NCBI RefSeq assembly: GCF_001194135.2
Contig: NC_069000.1
Location: 21,034,078-21,097,950, forward strand
Direction: 5' to 3'
Length of the DNA: 63,873 bases
DNA from: Octopus bimaculoides
Lineage: Eukaryota
Under the pieces are notes generated by a model. The model did no database searches. It was not told the DNA's origin and saw nothing but the letters and a program-made list of their open reading frames with translations. A program made the translations under genes and the position numbers. Shown piece after piece: positions 1-12,038 of the stretch. Position 1 is the stretch's first letter; each line of letters begins with the position of its first letter.

Positions 1-194
1 GGCAAAATACTTAGCGGCATTTCGTCCGTCTTTGCGTTCTGAGTTCAAATTCAGCCGTGGTCAACTTTGCCTTTCATCCTTTTGGGGTCGATAAATTAAA
101 TACCAGTTACGCACTGGGGTCGATGTAATCGACTTAATCCCTTGTTTGTCCCCTCTATGTTTAGCCCCTTGTGGGCAGTAAAGAAATAAGAAAC
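1..194 (+). mobile_element. tRNA-derived SINE family A (head cut by window edge)
   Basis: B-box GTTCAAATT and central GCCTTTCATCCTTTTGGGGTCGATAAATTAAATACC (resembles the Meta-domain SINE core). Reverse complement of many other copies in the window. Confidence 0.85.
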
Positions 195-496
195 CTATCA
201 GAAAGTGACCGATACCTTGACAGTTTGCTTTTCTCAGCCTGACGAACAGCAAAGCCTGTGCTGGTAGCTGAACACACCAAGTTACCGTTGAAGAGGGTAT
301 TCCAGATGAAGGGCCTACTGCCACGGAAAGGGAAAATTTGATTGCAGAGCATGGTGGAGAAGAGTAAGGAAAGGTAGAATTTTGTCGTTTTTAACCATGT
401 CTGATTACATACTCAGTTCGAAGTTCACTAAGGTATGAGTTAGTTTTACATCTTTCTTGAGATCGATGAAACAACGATAATAATCATTTCTAAAAT

Positions 497-905
497 GAGC
501 ACAAAGCCTGAAAATTGAGGAAAAGTCTTTAGTCAACTTGACTGGCACTTTATGCTATCACCCCGGAAAGAATGAAAAGCGAAACTGACCACGATGAGAT
601 TTGAACTCAGAATGTAAACTGCTAGAACAATTGCTACAAAGCATTTTGTCCGATGGTCCAACGTTTCTACCTATCCACCACCAATTATTTCTAATACAGA
701 CACAAGTGCTTTTTTTCTATGTTGTTTTCTTTTTTGTGTTTTTAGTTTATCAAATCTTCCCAGGTGCTTGACGGGTACATTATTTTATCGATTCTGAAGA
801 GATAGAATTCAAAGCTGACCATGGCATGATTTGAAATCTCAACATAAAGAACAACAATAAATACTGCAAGACATTTTGTCTGCCTCTCTAACGATTCCGG
901 CTTCG
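497..905 (-). mobile_element. Two old, diverged family-A-related SINE copies
   Basis: Residual GATTTGAACTCAGAATGTAAA...AAGCATTTTGTCCG (497-668) and TATTTTATCGA...AAAGCTGACC...GATTTGAA...AACGATTC (757-905). Confidence 0.55.
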
Positions 906-974
906 TTGATGAGTATTTCAGTTGTTCATCCAGTGGAACATTGAATTATACTATAAATAGCTGTATATAGTAAT

Positions 975-1185
975 CCTTCTGCTATAGGTACAAGGCCTGA
1001 AATTCTAGGGAGGAAGCTAATCGATAACATCGACCCCAATCCTCAATGGGTGCCTATTTTATCGACTTCAACAGGATGAAAGGCAAAGTCGACCTCGGCA
1101 ACGTTCGAACACAGAATGTAAAGACAGATGAAATGCCGATAAGCATTTTGTTCGGTCTGCTACGATTCTGCCCGCTTGCCACCTT
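975..1185 (-). mobile_element. SINE family A, array copy 1 (ctatagcagaagg tail variant)
   Basis: Alignable to other copies over GATGAAAGGCAAAGTCGACCTCGGC...GAACACAGAATGTAAAGAC...GCATTTTG. Confidence 0.85.
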
Positions 1186-1203
1186 ATGGTTGTACATAGT
1201 AAT

Positions 1204-1414
1204 GGTTTCAAATTCTGGCACAAAGCCAGCAAGTTCGGGAGAAGGGGAAATCGATTACGACGACCCAGTACATAACTGGTACTTATTTTATTAGCCCTGA
1301 AAGGATGAAAAGCAAAGTCAACCTCGGCGGAATTTGAACTCAGAACGTAAAGACGAACGAAATGCTGCTAAGCATTTTGCCCGGAGTGCTAACGGTTCTG
1401 AAGCTCGCCGTCTT
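1204..1414 (-). mobile_element. SINE family A, array copy 2
   Basis: Full family-A body from GGTTTCAAATTCTGGCACAAAGCC to GCTCGCCGTCTT. Confidence 0.9.
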
Positions 1415-1432
1415 ATGGTTGTGCATAATAAT

Positions 1433-1645
1433 GATTTCAAATTTTGCCACAATACCTGAAACTCCTAGGAAGGGACCAGTCGATTACATCCATCCCAGTG
1501 CTCAACTGGTACTTATTTTATCAACCTCGAAGGGATGAAAGGCAAAGTCGACCTCGGTGGAATTTGAACTCAGAACGTAAAGATGGACGGAATGCCGCAT
1601 AGCATTTTACCTGGCGTGCTAACGATTCTGCTAACTCGCCGTCTT
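1433..1645 (-). mobile_element. SINE family A, array copy 3
   Basis: Full family-A body from GATTTCAAATTTTGCCAC to CTCGCCGTCTT. Confidence 0.9.
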
Positions 1646-2015
1646 ATGGGTGTATATGATAATACAGCCTCTTACGCAATTCACATAATCCTCAGACAGA
1701 ATCAGTGTGAGATTACACCATAGGCTGGTCAAGCCAGTCTTACAGGCTTATGTTGAATTATTGCCTACCCAATTTCACTCACAAGGTTTTGCGGCAAACC
1801 ATGGCTTTTGTAGAACGTACTTGCGTATTGGCGGGGCTGAGCAACGGGATCTGACTCAAGAAGTCAAGACAGCGATTCTAAACCATTCAGCCATGCTTGC
1901 ACCCCAGTCAGTTTTATCTTCATTTTACCTCATAAATCTGTGGTCTTGTGCCCGTTAAAAATCATTAATTGCGAGGGTATCACGTGAGTAAGGATAATTA
2001 TAGCGATTCTAATGT

Positions 2016-2087
2016 GATGACAATGATGAAGATAATGTTGGTGATGATGGCAATGATGATGATGATGATGACGATGATGATGATGAT
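2016..2087. repeat. (GAT)n microsatellite
   Basis: Direct observation; explains the poly-Met ORF. Confidence 0.95.
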
Positions 2088-2329
2088 GAGGTGGTGGGGG
2101 TTGTACAGTTCCAAGTCACCTGTGGTCAAGCAGCTGCACGATGGCATGCAGGTAGCTGGACGAACGACCAGGCGCCAGCCACAAATCTGTTGTTTTTTGA
2201 GGAAGTTGTTTGTTTTGGGAGGATTTTTGTTGTTGTTTTTTTTTCTTTTTTCTTTTGGCTGTTGTCCTTATTACTGCTATTGTTCCTGTTGTTTAATCTC
2301 GTGTCATGTCAGGGCCTTACTTTTTAATA

Positions 2330-3130
2330 GAAATAATGAGATGCTTAAAACGGAATGGCTCGTGGGTGTATTGATCGAGGATCACACTCGAAGTGATATA
2401 CCGATGAGCATGGTGGAAATTAAGAAAAAGAAAAGCATGAATTTGTACGGTGATTTGCAGTAAAAAGATGAAATTAATGAGACATTTTTCTGACGAATAA
2501 AGTATCCTTCGAAAGGTTTAATTAATCAATGTTTGATAATTAACTTTAAGGCATATTATATCAGAAGTACTTTCAAATAACTTATAAAAGCAATTGACAG
2601 GGATCATTAACCTACAGTTACAAACTTCTGGAAGAAGTTCCACATAATGGATGCTGTGGATAGCATAGCTAGGTCCTGGAATGAAATGAAACACTCAACT
2701 TTGAAAGGTGCTCGGAAAATATATGGCGAGACTGAAACCATGACTTCACTAGTTTCCCAGTTGCAGAAAGTCTACATTAAATTCGAGAAGATATTGCGAC
2801 ACTTGCAAATGATGCGGAATTTGAATAAATAGTAGAGGATGATCTAATTGAGTTGCTAGCGTCCCATAGAGAATGTTTATCTAACAAAGAGCCGATGTTG
2901 TTAGAACAAGGGCAGGCCGAGAATACAGATGAGAAGTTCACCAAAGAATATTACTCAAGAATTGGCACATATAGAGGAAGATCTGCAAGTTTTCTTTGCT
3001 CGATAACAGCCCTAATCATGAACGTAACATGCAAATTAGGAGTTTACAATAAGTTCAGTTCCTTCAATAAAGTGTACGAAGGGATAACGTACCATAAACA
3101 TCAAACAATTTTTGTTTATAATTCCTGGGA
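2330..3130 (+). mobile_element. Tigger/pogo transposase remnant with internal deletion
   Basis: VLIEDHTRSDIPMS (CENP-B HTH-like), then FKAYYIRSTFK, TNFWKKFHIMDAVDSIARSWNEMKHSTLKG and DDLIELLASHRECL, all typical Tigger DDE_1 and C-terminal segments. Multiple stops. Confidence 0.8.
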
Positions 3131-3256
3131 TGCATGCGATAATTATGGATAAGCTCTTCGTCTTACAAGTAGATGGTGGTGATATTGAACTATAAGGCAG
3201 AAAGAAGATAGAGTTCATCCCCTTCCCAGTAATTCTTATTCTACCACCACCACTAC

Positions 3257-3754
3257 CAGGACCGGCGTTTGGGAGTGCAGGACCCAATTAGAGAATTGTC
3301 AGTAGGACCCTCTACTCTACAAAAACTGAATGACCGATGTTTTATACTTCGTATAGTACACCGGTTCCTGCCAAAAAGCGTTGAGGGCTTCAGGCTCCAC
3401 CATTAGCTACAAGGATATACTGAAAACTAAAAGCTCATATGAAAGCAGACTTTTTCTGGTCTATTTTATCTGAGAAGTCTTTCAAAATTATTCCAAAGTC
3501 AATGATTTTTGCAATGTCATTTTCATCGTCAGATTATGTCTCTCTTATGAAATTGTTAAGCGTAAGTATGTTTTAATCAGTTTTAGTTTTGGAAAACTTC
3601 TTTCACGTGATACGACCGTTAGGGGTATTGTTGAATAAAATCCTCGAAGCAATAAAAACATTAGGAAATATTTAATTCATCGTTGCGGCATGTACGCGCA
3701 GCCCTCTCTTAGCGCGGGACCCAATTTGAACAAATTGACTTAAAACCAGCCCTG
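3257..3754 (-). mobile_element. Non-autonomous hAT element (498 bp) retaining the dimerisation-domain coding segment
   Basis: Termini CAGGACCGGCGTTT / AAAACCAGCCCTG. Flanking 8-bp repeats ACCACTAC / ACCACCAC (7/8 match). Minus strand about 3450-3680 encodes FPNVFIA.RIL / TIPLTVVSRERSFPKLKLIKTYLR, the hAT C-terminal dimerisation motif. Confidence 0.85.
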
Positions 3755-3877
3755 ACCACCACTATCCCTCACACAGCAGTTGACATTCTTTGTGGTAACA
3801 ACCTACGCTATTACGCTATTACGATTCTTATTTCTTCCCTAATGTGTTTCTTCTCAAAGGTTTTCTATGCATATGTA

Positions 3878-4062
3878 TACTCTTTTACTCTTTTACTTGT
3901 TTCAGTCTTTTTTTTACTGTGGCCATGCTGGAGCACCACCTTTAGTCGAGCAAATCGACCCCAGGACTTATTCTTTGGAAGCCTAGTACTTATTCTATCG
4001 GTCTCTTTTGCCGAACCGCTAAGTTACGAGGACATAAACACACCAGCATCGGCTGTCAAGCG
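3878..4062 (-). mobile_element. SINE family B, 3' half (remainder in gap)
   Basis: Reverse complement of the family-B tail ...CAGCATGGCC...GACTGAAACAAGTAAAAGAGTAAAAGAGTA. Confidence 0.85.
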
Positions 4063-4987
4063 NNNNNNNNNNNNNNNNNNNNNNNNNNNNNNNNNNNNNN
4101 NNNNNNNNNNNNNNNNNNNNNNNNNNNNNNNNNNNNNNNNNNNNNNNNNNNNNNNNNNNNNNNNNNNNNNNNNNNNNNNNNNNNNNNNNNNNNNNNNNNN
4201 NNNNNNNNNNNNNNNNNNNNNNNNNNNNNNNNNNNNNNNNNNNNNNNNNNNNNNNNNNNNNNNNNNNNNNNNNNNNNNNNNNNNNNNNNNNNNNNNNNNN
4301 NNNNNNNNNNNNNNNNNNNNNNNNNNNNNNNNNNNNNNNNNNNNNNNNNNNNNNNNNNNNNNNNNNNNNNNNNNNNNNNNNNNNNNNNNNNNNNNNNNNN
4401 NNNNNNNNNNNNNNNNNNNNNNNNNNNNNNNNNNNNNNNNNNNNNNNNNNNNNNNNNNNNNNNNNNNNNNNNNNNNNNNNNNNNNNNNNNNNNNNNNNNN
4501 NNNNNNNNNNNNNNNNNNNNNNNNNNNNNNNNNNNNNNNNNNNNNNNNNNNNNNNNNNNNNNNNNNNNNNNNNNNNNNNNNNNNNNNNNNNNNNNNNNNN
4601 NNNNNNNNNNNNNNNNNNNNNNNNNNNNNNNNNNNNNNNNNNNNNNNNNNNNNNNNNNNNNNNNNNNNNNNNNNNNNNNNNNNNNNNNNNNNNNNNNNNN
4701 NNNNNNNNNNNNNNNNNNNNNNNNNNNNNNNNNNNNNNNNNNATAAGGAGGAGGAGGAGGAGGAGGAGGAGGAGGGGCCACTGGTGTTGGTGGTATGGTG
4801 ATGATGGCGGCGGAGATGTTTTATAAGGTAGTAATGGCTGAGTAATAAGCTGCAGGTCAGCTCTGGTCAAGTAGTAGATCCGATGGCATGCAGACAGGGA
4901 GTCGGACGAACGATGGACGAACGACCATCGTTCGTCCTACCAGCTCTTGCTCTTTTTTCAGGTAATTCTTGTTGCTGTTCTGTAGTT

Positions 4988-5149
4988 TTTTTCTCTCTCT
5001 CTATCCTCTCCCTCTCCCTCTATCCTCTCCCTCTCTCTCTATCCTTTCCCTCTCTCTCTATCCTCTCCCTCTCTCTCTATTCTCTCCCTCTCTCTCTCTA
5101 TCCTCTCCCTCTCTCTCTATCTATTTATCTATCTATCACCATCTCTCTG

Positions 5150-5180
<31 letters not shown>

Positions 5181-5370
5181 GTATCTATCTATCTCATCTC
5201 TTTCTTTCTTTCTTTCTTTCTCTCTCTCTCTCTATCTATCTATGTATCTCCATCTCACTTTCTATTTATCTATCTCCATCTCTCTCTCTCTCTCTCGCTT
5301 TCTCTCTATCTATATCCATCTCTCTCTCTCTCTCTCTCTCTCTCGCTTTCTCTCTATCTANNNNNNNNNN

Positions 5371-5408
<38 letters not shown>

Positions 5409-5600
5409 TTCTCTCTATCTATATCCATCTCTCTAGCTATCTATTTCTCTCTCACTCTCCCTATCTATATCAATCTCTCTATATATCTATCTATCAATCT
5501 ATCTATCTATCACTACCTTCATATCTTTCTACCTATCTATCTATATCTCCATCTACCCCTCTCTTTCTCTCTCCCTCCCTCCCTCTTTCCCTCCCTCCCT
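4988..5600. repeat. (CT)n/(CTAT)n compound microsatellite
   Basis: Direct observation. Confidence 0.95.
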
Positions 5601-5955
5601 CTCAGTTGCTGTTATACGGCTGCTATAGCAGCCACACACTAAACTAGCCAATCAAAACTCACCACCATTTTCCTCCTGACTACAAGCACCACAACAACAA
5701 CGGCTGCTTTAGTACGACCAATCATATCTCAACCCTAATACTGTCGACACAACCCATTATCACTACACCAGCACCACTACCACCATCACACCGACACTAC
5801 AATAAATCATCCCGTTGCAACCACTACAGCGATATAACAACCACTAGGAAATTACAACCAATACGTCTGCACGATACCAATCGTGTTACCACCGCAACCA
5901 TTTCACCACTGCAACCACCACATCAGCAATAATTCTACTATCTGTAAAATTATTC

Positions 5956-6748
5956 GGGTTCAGTCCCATTGCATGGCACCTTAGACAAGTGTCTTCTGCT
6001 ATAACCTCAGATAGACCAACGCCTTGAGAGCGTGGATTTGGTCGACGGAAACTGAAAGAAGCTCGTCGTGTGTGTGTGTGTGTGTAAGATCNNNNNNNNN
6101 NNNNNNNNNNNNNNNNNNNNNNNNNNNNNNNNNNNNNNNNNNNNNNNNNNNNNNNNNNNNNNNNNNNNNNNNNNNNNNNNNNNNNNNNNNNNNNNNNNNN
6201 NNNNNNNNNNNNNNNNNNNNNNNNNNNNNNNNNNNNNNNNNNNNNNNNNNNNNNNNNNNNNNNNNNNNNNNNNNNNNNNNNNNNNNNNNNNNNNNNNNNN
6301 NNNNNNNNNNNNNNNNNNNNNNNNNNNNNNNNNNNNNNNNNNNNNNNNNNNNNNNNNNNNNNNNNNNNNNNNNNNNNNNNNNNNNNNNNNNNNNNNNNNN
6401 NNNNNNNNNNNNNNNNNNNNNNNNNNNNNNNNNNNNNNNNNNNNNNNNNNNNNNNNNNNNNNNNNNNNNNNNNNNNNNNNNNNNNNNNNNNNNNNNNNNN
6501 NNNNNNNNNNNNNNNNNNNNNNNNNNNNNNNNNNNNNNNNNNNNNNNNNNNNNNNNNNNNNNNNNNNNNNNNNNNNNNNNNNNNNNNNNNNNNNNNNNNN
6601 NNNNNNNNNNNNNNNNNNNNNNNNNNNNNNNNNNNNNNNNNNNNNNNNNNNNNNNNNNNNNNNNNNNNNNNNNNNNNNNNNNNNNNNNNNNNNNNNNNNN
6701 NNNNNNNNNNNNNNNNNNNCTGAAACAAGTAAAAGATTGAAAGAATAG
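5956..6748 (+). mobile_element. SINE family B spanning a gap at its internal microsatellite
   Basis: GGGTTCAGTCCC...GGCACCTTAGACAAGTG...GAAAGAAGCTCGTCG(TG)n, then N gap, then CTGAAACAAGTAAAAGA. Confidence 0.8.
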
Positions 6749-7279
6749 ATGATAAAGATTACCTCTACACCATCATCACACCACAAAATGGCAACTACAA
6801 TAACAACAACAACAACGATCACATCGATATCTCTACCATGATTACCACCAGATCAATCAGAACCACCACCAACAACTCCGTCGCCGCCGTCACCGCAGCA
6901 ATATCACCACACTGCATCACTACGACCGCTACACTGGAACAGCAGACGACAAAAAAAAACAAAAACCACTGCAGTCACTAAGACTACTACTACTGTCTTA
7001 ACGCCACCCACAATTCAAAGCGTCAGCCAGTGTTTCCCCAGGAATCTCCTAAATCATTGGAGACCTCCCTTTCTCTCCATTTGGAGGCACCTGATTTGTT
7101 GCCTGATGCTGATTGCGACTGCTGCTGTAGTCGTCTGGCTTAGAGTCTTCTTCTATATGATAATGTTCCACCTTTCTTAACACACACGCACACACCTAAA
7201 AAGACACACACACAGAGAAGGAGAACGAAAAAAGCAATGGTAGGGGTTCTTTATTTTCCACCAATGAAAACAACACCAA

Positions 7280-7722
7280 GGGAACGTCTGCGTAGTCGCC
7301 GGACCTGCGAGAAATAGCTGCTAAACCTTCCTCAAATCTCAATTTGCCGTCTTAAACAGGTGAAGGACACGTTGTAAAATTATAGGTCAGATTGCACTAT
7401 GTCCGAATAGAGAGACAAGACAGTCACGGATGAAATATCTTTAATCATACGTTTGCTCATTAGCAGCTGACCTGGTGCTACACACCAGCATCAACATTAT
7501 TTCGACAAACCAATGAGGAAGTTTGTATCCTGGTCACATGAACCGCTAGAACTAACAGCTAAATCTCCTTTCATTTATATTATGTTGTTCTAAACTGGAA
7601 ATCGCATTAGATAATGTAATCTTGGATGCACTATGATTAAATAATAAACAGGATGATCACGGTAGGAATGCCTTAATCCGAGGTTTGCTTGAACAAGGCT
7701 GACCTGGGGTTAAACAACAACA
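7280..7722 (+). repeat. Two tandem copies of an interspersed repeat (family D) ending in (AAC)n
   Basis: GAGAAATAGCTGCTAAA...GGTCACGG...GCTGACCTGG occurs at 7280-7495 and 7530-7722. Further partial copies at about 7925-8112 (+) and 33185-33380 (-). Confidence 0.6.
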
Positions 7723-8172
7723 GTGTAGCGTTATTTTCGAAGCCGATTATTAAATGAGTAGGCGTTGATGTGACGCGCTTTCCTCCTCCTACTGCCCTAC
7801 CACTTCCACTGTTGCTAACTGTGGATATTTATTCAACGTAGGGTAGTACACTCCCAAATATATCACACACATATACATTAGGCAGACACCAACAAGGACG
7901 CATCTACGTAGGCGCTGAAACATTCAGAAATAGCAACTAAATATCCCTCAAATCCCACTCTACTGTCTAGAAAAAAGAATAAGTTGGATAACGTGAAACT
8001 AGGTTTCCTGCACACAAGAAAAAATGATGGGATGGATGGGATAGTCACTACCAGAACGCCTTTGATCACAGATCTTCCCGATAAGGGCCGTCTAAGGACT
8101 AGGCAACAACAACAATGGGAACAAGAACAACAGCATGAAAAAACACGTTTGTTTTGTATTACTCTTTGCGCT

Positions 8173-8516
8173 GTGGAGGCGCAATAGCCCAGTGGTTAGG
8201 GCAGCGGACTCGCGGTTTCGATTCCCAGACCGGGCTTTGCGAGTGTTTATTGAGCGAAAACACCTAAAGCTCCACGAGACTCCGGCAGGGGATGGTGGCG
8301 AACCCTGCTGTACTCTTCCACCACAACTTTCTCTCACTCTTTCTTCCTGTTTCTGTTGTGCCTGTAATTCAAAGGGCCAGCCTTGTCACACTGTGTCACG
8401 CTGAATATCTCCGAGAACTACGCTAAGGGTACACGTGTCTGTGGAGTGCTCAGCCACTTGCACGTTAATTTCACGAGCAGGCTGTTCCGTTGATTGGATC
8501 AACTGGAACCCTCAAC
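8173..8516 (+). mobile_element. tRNA-derived SINE family C
   Basis: GGAGGCGCAATAGCCCAGTGGTTAGGGCAGCGGAC...GGTTTCGATTCCC (A and B boxes). About 350 bp, homologous to 37907-38270. Confidence 0.88.
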
Positions 8517-8793
8517 NNNNNNNNNNNNNNNNNNNNNNNNNNNNNNNNNNNNNNNNNNNNNNNNNNNNNNNNNNNNNNNNNNNNNNNNNNNNNNNNNNNN
8601 NNNNNNNNNNNNNNNNNNNNNNNNNNNNNNNNNNNNNNNNNNNNNNNNNNNNNNNNNNNNNNNNNNNNNNNNNNNNNNNNNNNNNNNNNNNNNNNNNNNN
8701 NNNNNNNNNNNNNNNNNNNNNNNNNNNNNNNNNNNNNNNNNNNNNNNNNNNNNNNNNNNNNNNNNNNNNNNNNNNNNNNNNNNNNNNNNNNNN

Positions 8794-8994
8794 CTATAGG
8801 CAAAGGATCTGAAATCGTGGAGGAGACTTGTTGATCACATCGACCACAAGGCTGAACTGATTTTTATTTTATCGACCGCGAAAGGATGAAAGGCAAAGTC
8901 AACCTTAGCGGAATTTGAACCCAGAACGTATAGATGGAAGAAATGTCGCTAAGCATTTCGCTCAGCGTGCTAACGATTCTACCCGCTCGTCGCT
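8794..8994 (-). mobile_element. SINE family A
   Basis: TTTTATCGACCGCGAAAGGATGAAAGGCAAAGTCAACC...GGAATTTGAACCCAGAACG...GCTAACGATTCT. Confidence 0.8.
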
Positions 8995-9020
8995 TTGGGG
9001 GTCGATTCAGACAATTAACC

Positions 9021-9286
9021 CAGGAGTCTCGACTGGGGTCCATATGACTGTTGGGATGTGGGGGGGTCCATATAAGATTTTGTTGTTAAAATTTATCTAC
9101 AATAAATTGGTTATAGTTTTAAAATATACAAAATATCTTTATTTTTTTTTATACAATTTCTAATAAAATTTAATTATAAAAATACAATAAGATTTTTTTA
9201 AACATCGAATTTGCTAGGAGGATCCATTCAAATGAAATAGAAATCAAAAGGGCCTATAGGCAAAAAATGGTTGAGAACCAGCGGAT
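9021..9286. mobile_element. Possible hAT-type MITE
   Basis: Right end GGTTGAGAACCAGCGG is typical of Charlie/hAT MITE TIRs. The left end is degenerate (CAGGAGTCTCGACTGGGGTCC). AT-rich interior. Confidence 0.4.
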
Positions 9287-9369
9287 TAACCCCTTCTGAA
9301 TTTCTGTACTTGTGCCGAAGATAGATATTATTATCATTGAAGACTGACAGAATTGTTCAAGTTTCAAAA

Positions 9370-9530
9370 TGCCTCGTAGTTATTTTTCTGGGTCTTAACG
9401 TTCTGAGTTCAAAACCTACCATGGCCAGCTTTGCTCTTCAGTCCTCCAGGGTCGATAAAAAGAAGCACAAAACTAGTTCTCGGATCAGTTTGACTTACCT
9501 CTTTCCACCAAATTCCTACCCGTATTAGAA
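9370..9530 (+). mobile_element. Diverged SINE family A
   Basis: ACGTTCTGAGTTCAAA...CTTTGCTCTTCAGTCCTCCAGGGTCGATAAAA. Confidence 0.6.
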
Positions 9531-9839
9531 ACAATTATTATAATGTAATGATAGGATTGACTACCCAACACACATACACCCACAACCAACCTTCCTGCGT
9601 CAGTAAAATAAGTACCAATCATTATTAGCATCATGAAATCCATTGTACTCTCCCGGCAAAAGTTTTAACCTAGTGCCAATACTAATGATCATCTTCATTA
9701 TTATTAAAGTATCAGTCTCAAATACTATTTTTATCGCCTAATCTCCCTCCCGAGAACTCTGCAATTTCTTGCTGAACAACCAAACTTTTTTTTTTTTTTT
9801 GTAGTGACCAAATGTTTGTGTTCACAGAAGCTTACTCCC

Positions 9840-10008
9840 TCCATCAGGTCAACATTGTCTGTACAGGTACTTAGTGCGCTAAGTGTCAGATGTAGAAATG
9901 ATGAAATGATCGTAGAGCAACATGAAATGAAGAGTTTTGCTCAAGAATACAACGCATCGCCCGCTTTGGGAAGCGAAAGCACGATCTCGCAACACCCTAG
10001 CCACTAAG
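9840..10008 (-). mobile_element. Diverged tRNA-derived SINE head
   Basis: Reverse complement ATGGCTTAGTGGCTAGGGTG...GTTGTATTCTTGAGCAAAACTCTTCATTTCATGTTGCTC shares its central box with the 21182 fragment. Confidence 0.55.
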
Positions 10009-10542
10009 CCATATATATATATATATATATATATATTTAATGTGTATATAGTATGTGTGTACATGTGTATGAAAATATGTATGTATATGTATGTATATAT
10101 GTAACGTATGTATATTTGTTCCTTTCTTTCTCTTTTTAATTTAGGGTAAATTTTGACCGGGCACATACTTGGTAGCACAGCCTTTAAATCTTAAGGTCTT
10201 GTAGATTTTTATAGTCCTAGATATCATGATCATATGGATTAAGGATTTGCATTTTTCCCCAAGTCCAGATGGGTTGGTATGTATCCTGTTGCTCCAATAA
10301 TAATAGATATGAACCTGAAAGTGTATGTATGTATGTATGTATATGGTTCGCCTTTTTCGCCTTTAGTCGACCGTACTGCAGAGACAGTTGTTTAAATTCC
10401 TCTGTGTACCCGAGTTATTTGCAGAAGCAAGTGCCTTGCCCCAAGTATACAAACCACCTCTCTACTCGTGGAAACGCCACGAATGAAAAGCAAGTCAATA
10501 CATTCGTAGCATCCATGGAGACGCAGGGGATGCCAGATATTG

Positions 10543-10758
10543 CTTTCAAATTATGGCACAAGGCCAGAAATTTCAGGGGAGGGGTAAATCAATTACATCG
10601 ACCCTAGGGCTCAACTGGTAATTACCTTATTGACCCCCGAACGGATGAAAGGCAAAGTCGACTTCAAGCAGCATTTGAACTCAGAATGCAAAGTCGGAAG
10701 AAATGCCGTTGAGCATCTTTTTCCGATGCGGTAACGATTCTGCCAGCTCGCTGCCCTA
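10543..10758 (-). mobile_element. SINE family A
   Basis: Full-length match to the family-A body. Confidence 0.87.
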
Positions 10759-11259
10759 TACGGAGATGTCAGACATTGGTTAAGTAAACCCAATATGTTT
10801 TCTATGGGGGAGTTTATTCCCATAGTTTTTTGTTTGTTTAACTCTGGATAAATGACCCCTCAAAGAAGCAGGAATTTACTATTATAGTGGGCACGCATGT
10901 GCGTAGTTAGTGTCACTCTGTCATCCTTCAAATTTGTATTCACCGTATGCAAGTTCCACGAGCCCAGTAGTTATCAGAATGTAGGATTTGTATAGAGTTA
11001 CCTTCTCTTAGATGAGCAGCTAAAAAGCTGAAGGGCTTCATTCATCTACCTTGGGTCTGGGAGTGAACTTCTTCCAGAGGTAATTCGATGACATGCTAAT
11101 TAATCCATAGCTGGGACACTCCAGGCCAGAGTAGGTCTGGGAATGTTGCTTAAGAGATGGTTCCACACACCTCAAAACCTTGGAACTCCCGAACCAGGGC
11201 CCCACTAATGGAAGCAGTTTAAAGTCATACCCAGTACATATGCATACATTTTTGTGTAT

Positions 11260-11777
11260 GTATGTATGTATGTATTTATATATGTATGTATACATGTACA
11301 TACGTATATACTTAAGACCGTATATATATGTGTGTAAATATATATATGTATATATATATNNNNNNNNNNNNNNNNNNNNNNNNNNNNNNNNNNNNNNNNN
11401 NNNNNNNNNNNNNNNNNNNNNNNNNNNNNNNNNNNNNNNNNNNNNNNNNNNNNNNNNNNNNNNNNNNNNNNNNNNNNNNNNNNNNNNNNNNNNNNNNNNN
11501 NNNNNNNNNNNNNNNNNNNNNNNNNNNNNNNNNNNNNNNNNNNNNNNNNNNNNNNNNNNNNNNNNNNNNNNNNNNNNNNNNNNNNNNNNNNNNNNNNNNN
11601 NNNNNNNNNNNNNNNNNNNNNNNNNNNNNNNNNNNNNNNNNNNNNNNNNNNNNNNNNNNNNNNNNNNNNNNNNNNNNNNNNNNNNNNNNNNNNNNNNNNN
11701 NNNNNNNNNNNNNNNNNNNNNNNNNNNNNNNNNNNNNNNNNNNNNNNNNNNNNNNNNNNNNNNNNNNATATATATGC

Positions 11778-11813
<36 letters not shown>

Positions 11814-12038
11814 GCATATATTTATATATGTATATATATGTATATATATATGTATATATATGTATGTATATATATGTATATATATATATATATATGTGTA
11901 TATGTATATATATGTATATGTATATGTATATATATGTATATGTATATGCATATATATATATGTATATGTATATGTATATGCATATATATTTATATGTATA
12001 TGCATATATATGTATGTATATATGTATATGTGTATGTG

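Noticed and set aside
957-1663. Repeat-spacer array superficially CRISPR-like
   Set aside because: The long units are homologous SINE copies, not unique spacers; the context is eukaryotic and there are no cas genes.
5650-7010. CAC/CAA/CTA-rich tracts that could encode a Thr-rich mucin-like protein
   Set aside because: Frequent stops and frame changes; better explained as a degenerate trinucleotide low-complexity region interrupted by a SINE.
8173-8235. tRNA-like sequences here and at 38200-38270, 42456-42530 and similar sites
   Set aside because: These are SINE heads continuing into SINE bodies, with no complete cloverleaf or acceptor stem.
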